Assembly: GCF_009914755.1 (NCBI RefSeq) | Contig: NC_060936.1 | DNA from: the human T2T-CHM13v2.0 reference genome, Homo sapiens | Direction: 5' to 3' (one strand) | DNA: 64,000 nucleotides | In this document: piece by piece, positions 63,336-64,000 of the stretch | How positions within the stretch are numbered: position 1 is the stretch's first letter | How the letters are laid out: the number at the start of each line of letters is the position of its first letter | Translations under genes and position numbers: made by a program | The notes under the pieces: generated by a model | Seen by the model: the letters and a program-made list of their open reading frames with translations, nothing else | What the model was told of the DNA's origin: nothing | Database searches by the model: none

Positions 63336-64000
63336 GACTGAACTAATTTTTACCTTACTGTCAAAATTACAATAAAAAGACAACCCTAAAAGTACATCTG
63401 AGAAGTCTAGGGTAAAAGAAAGGATAAAAAAGGAAGAAGTTTAGTCTTATCCCTAATAGAGATGTGAGTCTTAAGAGGGTTTAAATTTACTCAAGAGGGT
63501 TTAAAGATTGAGAACACTTTTAATTTTCACTAAAAGTGTTGGTATAATAATCTTTTACAAAAAGGAATAAGTATAAACTTTAAAAGAACACGTCTGTATG
63601 CTGCTATTCTGGCTGGAGGCATTGGAGCCCAAGTTAGTGAGCAAAATGCTCATGTTACGAATAGTGAGGGAACCCAGATTAAGATTCTTTTTACCTTAAT
63701 AAAAAGAAAAAGGGATTACTTCTTTTTAGACTCCTTCAACTTGGAACAGTCCCCCAGTCTTGACTTTCATGACCTTGTTTGTACTCCTTAAAGCTTATAG
63801 ATTAGTTCTGTTGCAAAATGTCTTCCAATTTGGGTTTGCCTGATACTTCCTTTTATTTTTTTTCAGATGTAGTTTTCTTTCTGTAGGATGCCAGATATTT
63901 CCTTATGGTTAGATTCAGGTTGTACACTATTTGACAGTAATTATGATGTGTTTTTCTCATTGTGTCCTGTCAAATGGCATACAATTTCTGTTTGTCTCAT

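Overview
Human (primate) genomic DNA, AT-rich and repeat-rich, covering most of SCAF11 (SR-related CTD-associated factor 11; SFRS2IP/SIP1) on the minus strand. I traced 14 coding exons by hand, from ATG at 43738 to TGA at 1634-1636. They splice in frame to a 4392-nt CDS encoding 1463 aa: an N-terminal RING finger, a 2718-nt internal exon with acidic and RS/SP-rich regions, a Q/P-rich segment and a C-terminal SCAF1/PHRF1-type CTD-binding domain. The promoter and presumed non-coding exon 1 are not in the window, so the exon numbering is an assumption. Part of the 3'UTR lies at the left end. The introns hold about 25 Alus, L1/L2 fragments, Tigger1, Tigger2-type, MER44, MER3/MER33 and a MaLR LTR. 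Almost all short ORFs in the track are Alu or AT-rich noise. I see no new multi-gene system. The most unusual observations are: (1) an 85-bp near-perfect hairpin formed by an inverted duplication inside an old LTR; (2) a ~310-bp segment of intron 6 copied 33 kb away into intron 1, including unique flank; (3) a GC-AG intron with a competing out-of-frame GT donor; (4) several candidate poison or micro exons, one pair linked by an inverted repeat; (5) a strict 16-aa SP-basic repeat. Repeat subfamily names are recalled from consensus sequences and repeat boundaries are approximate.
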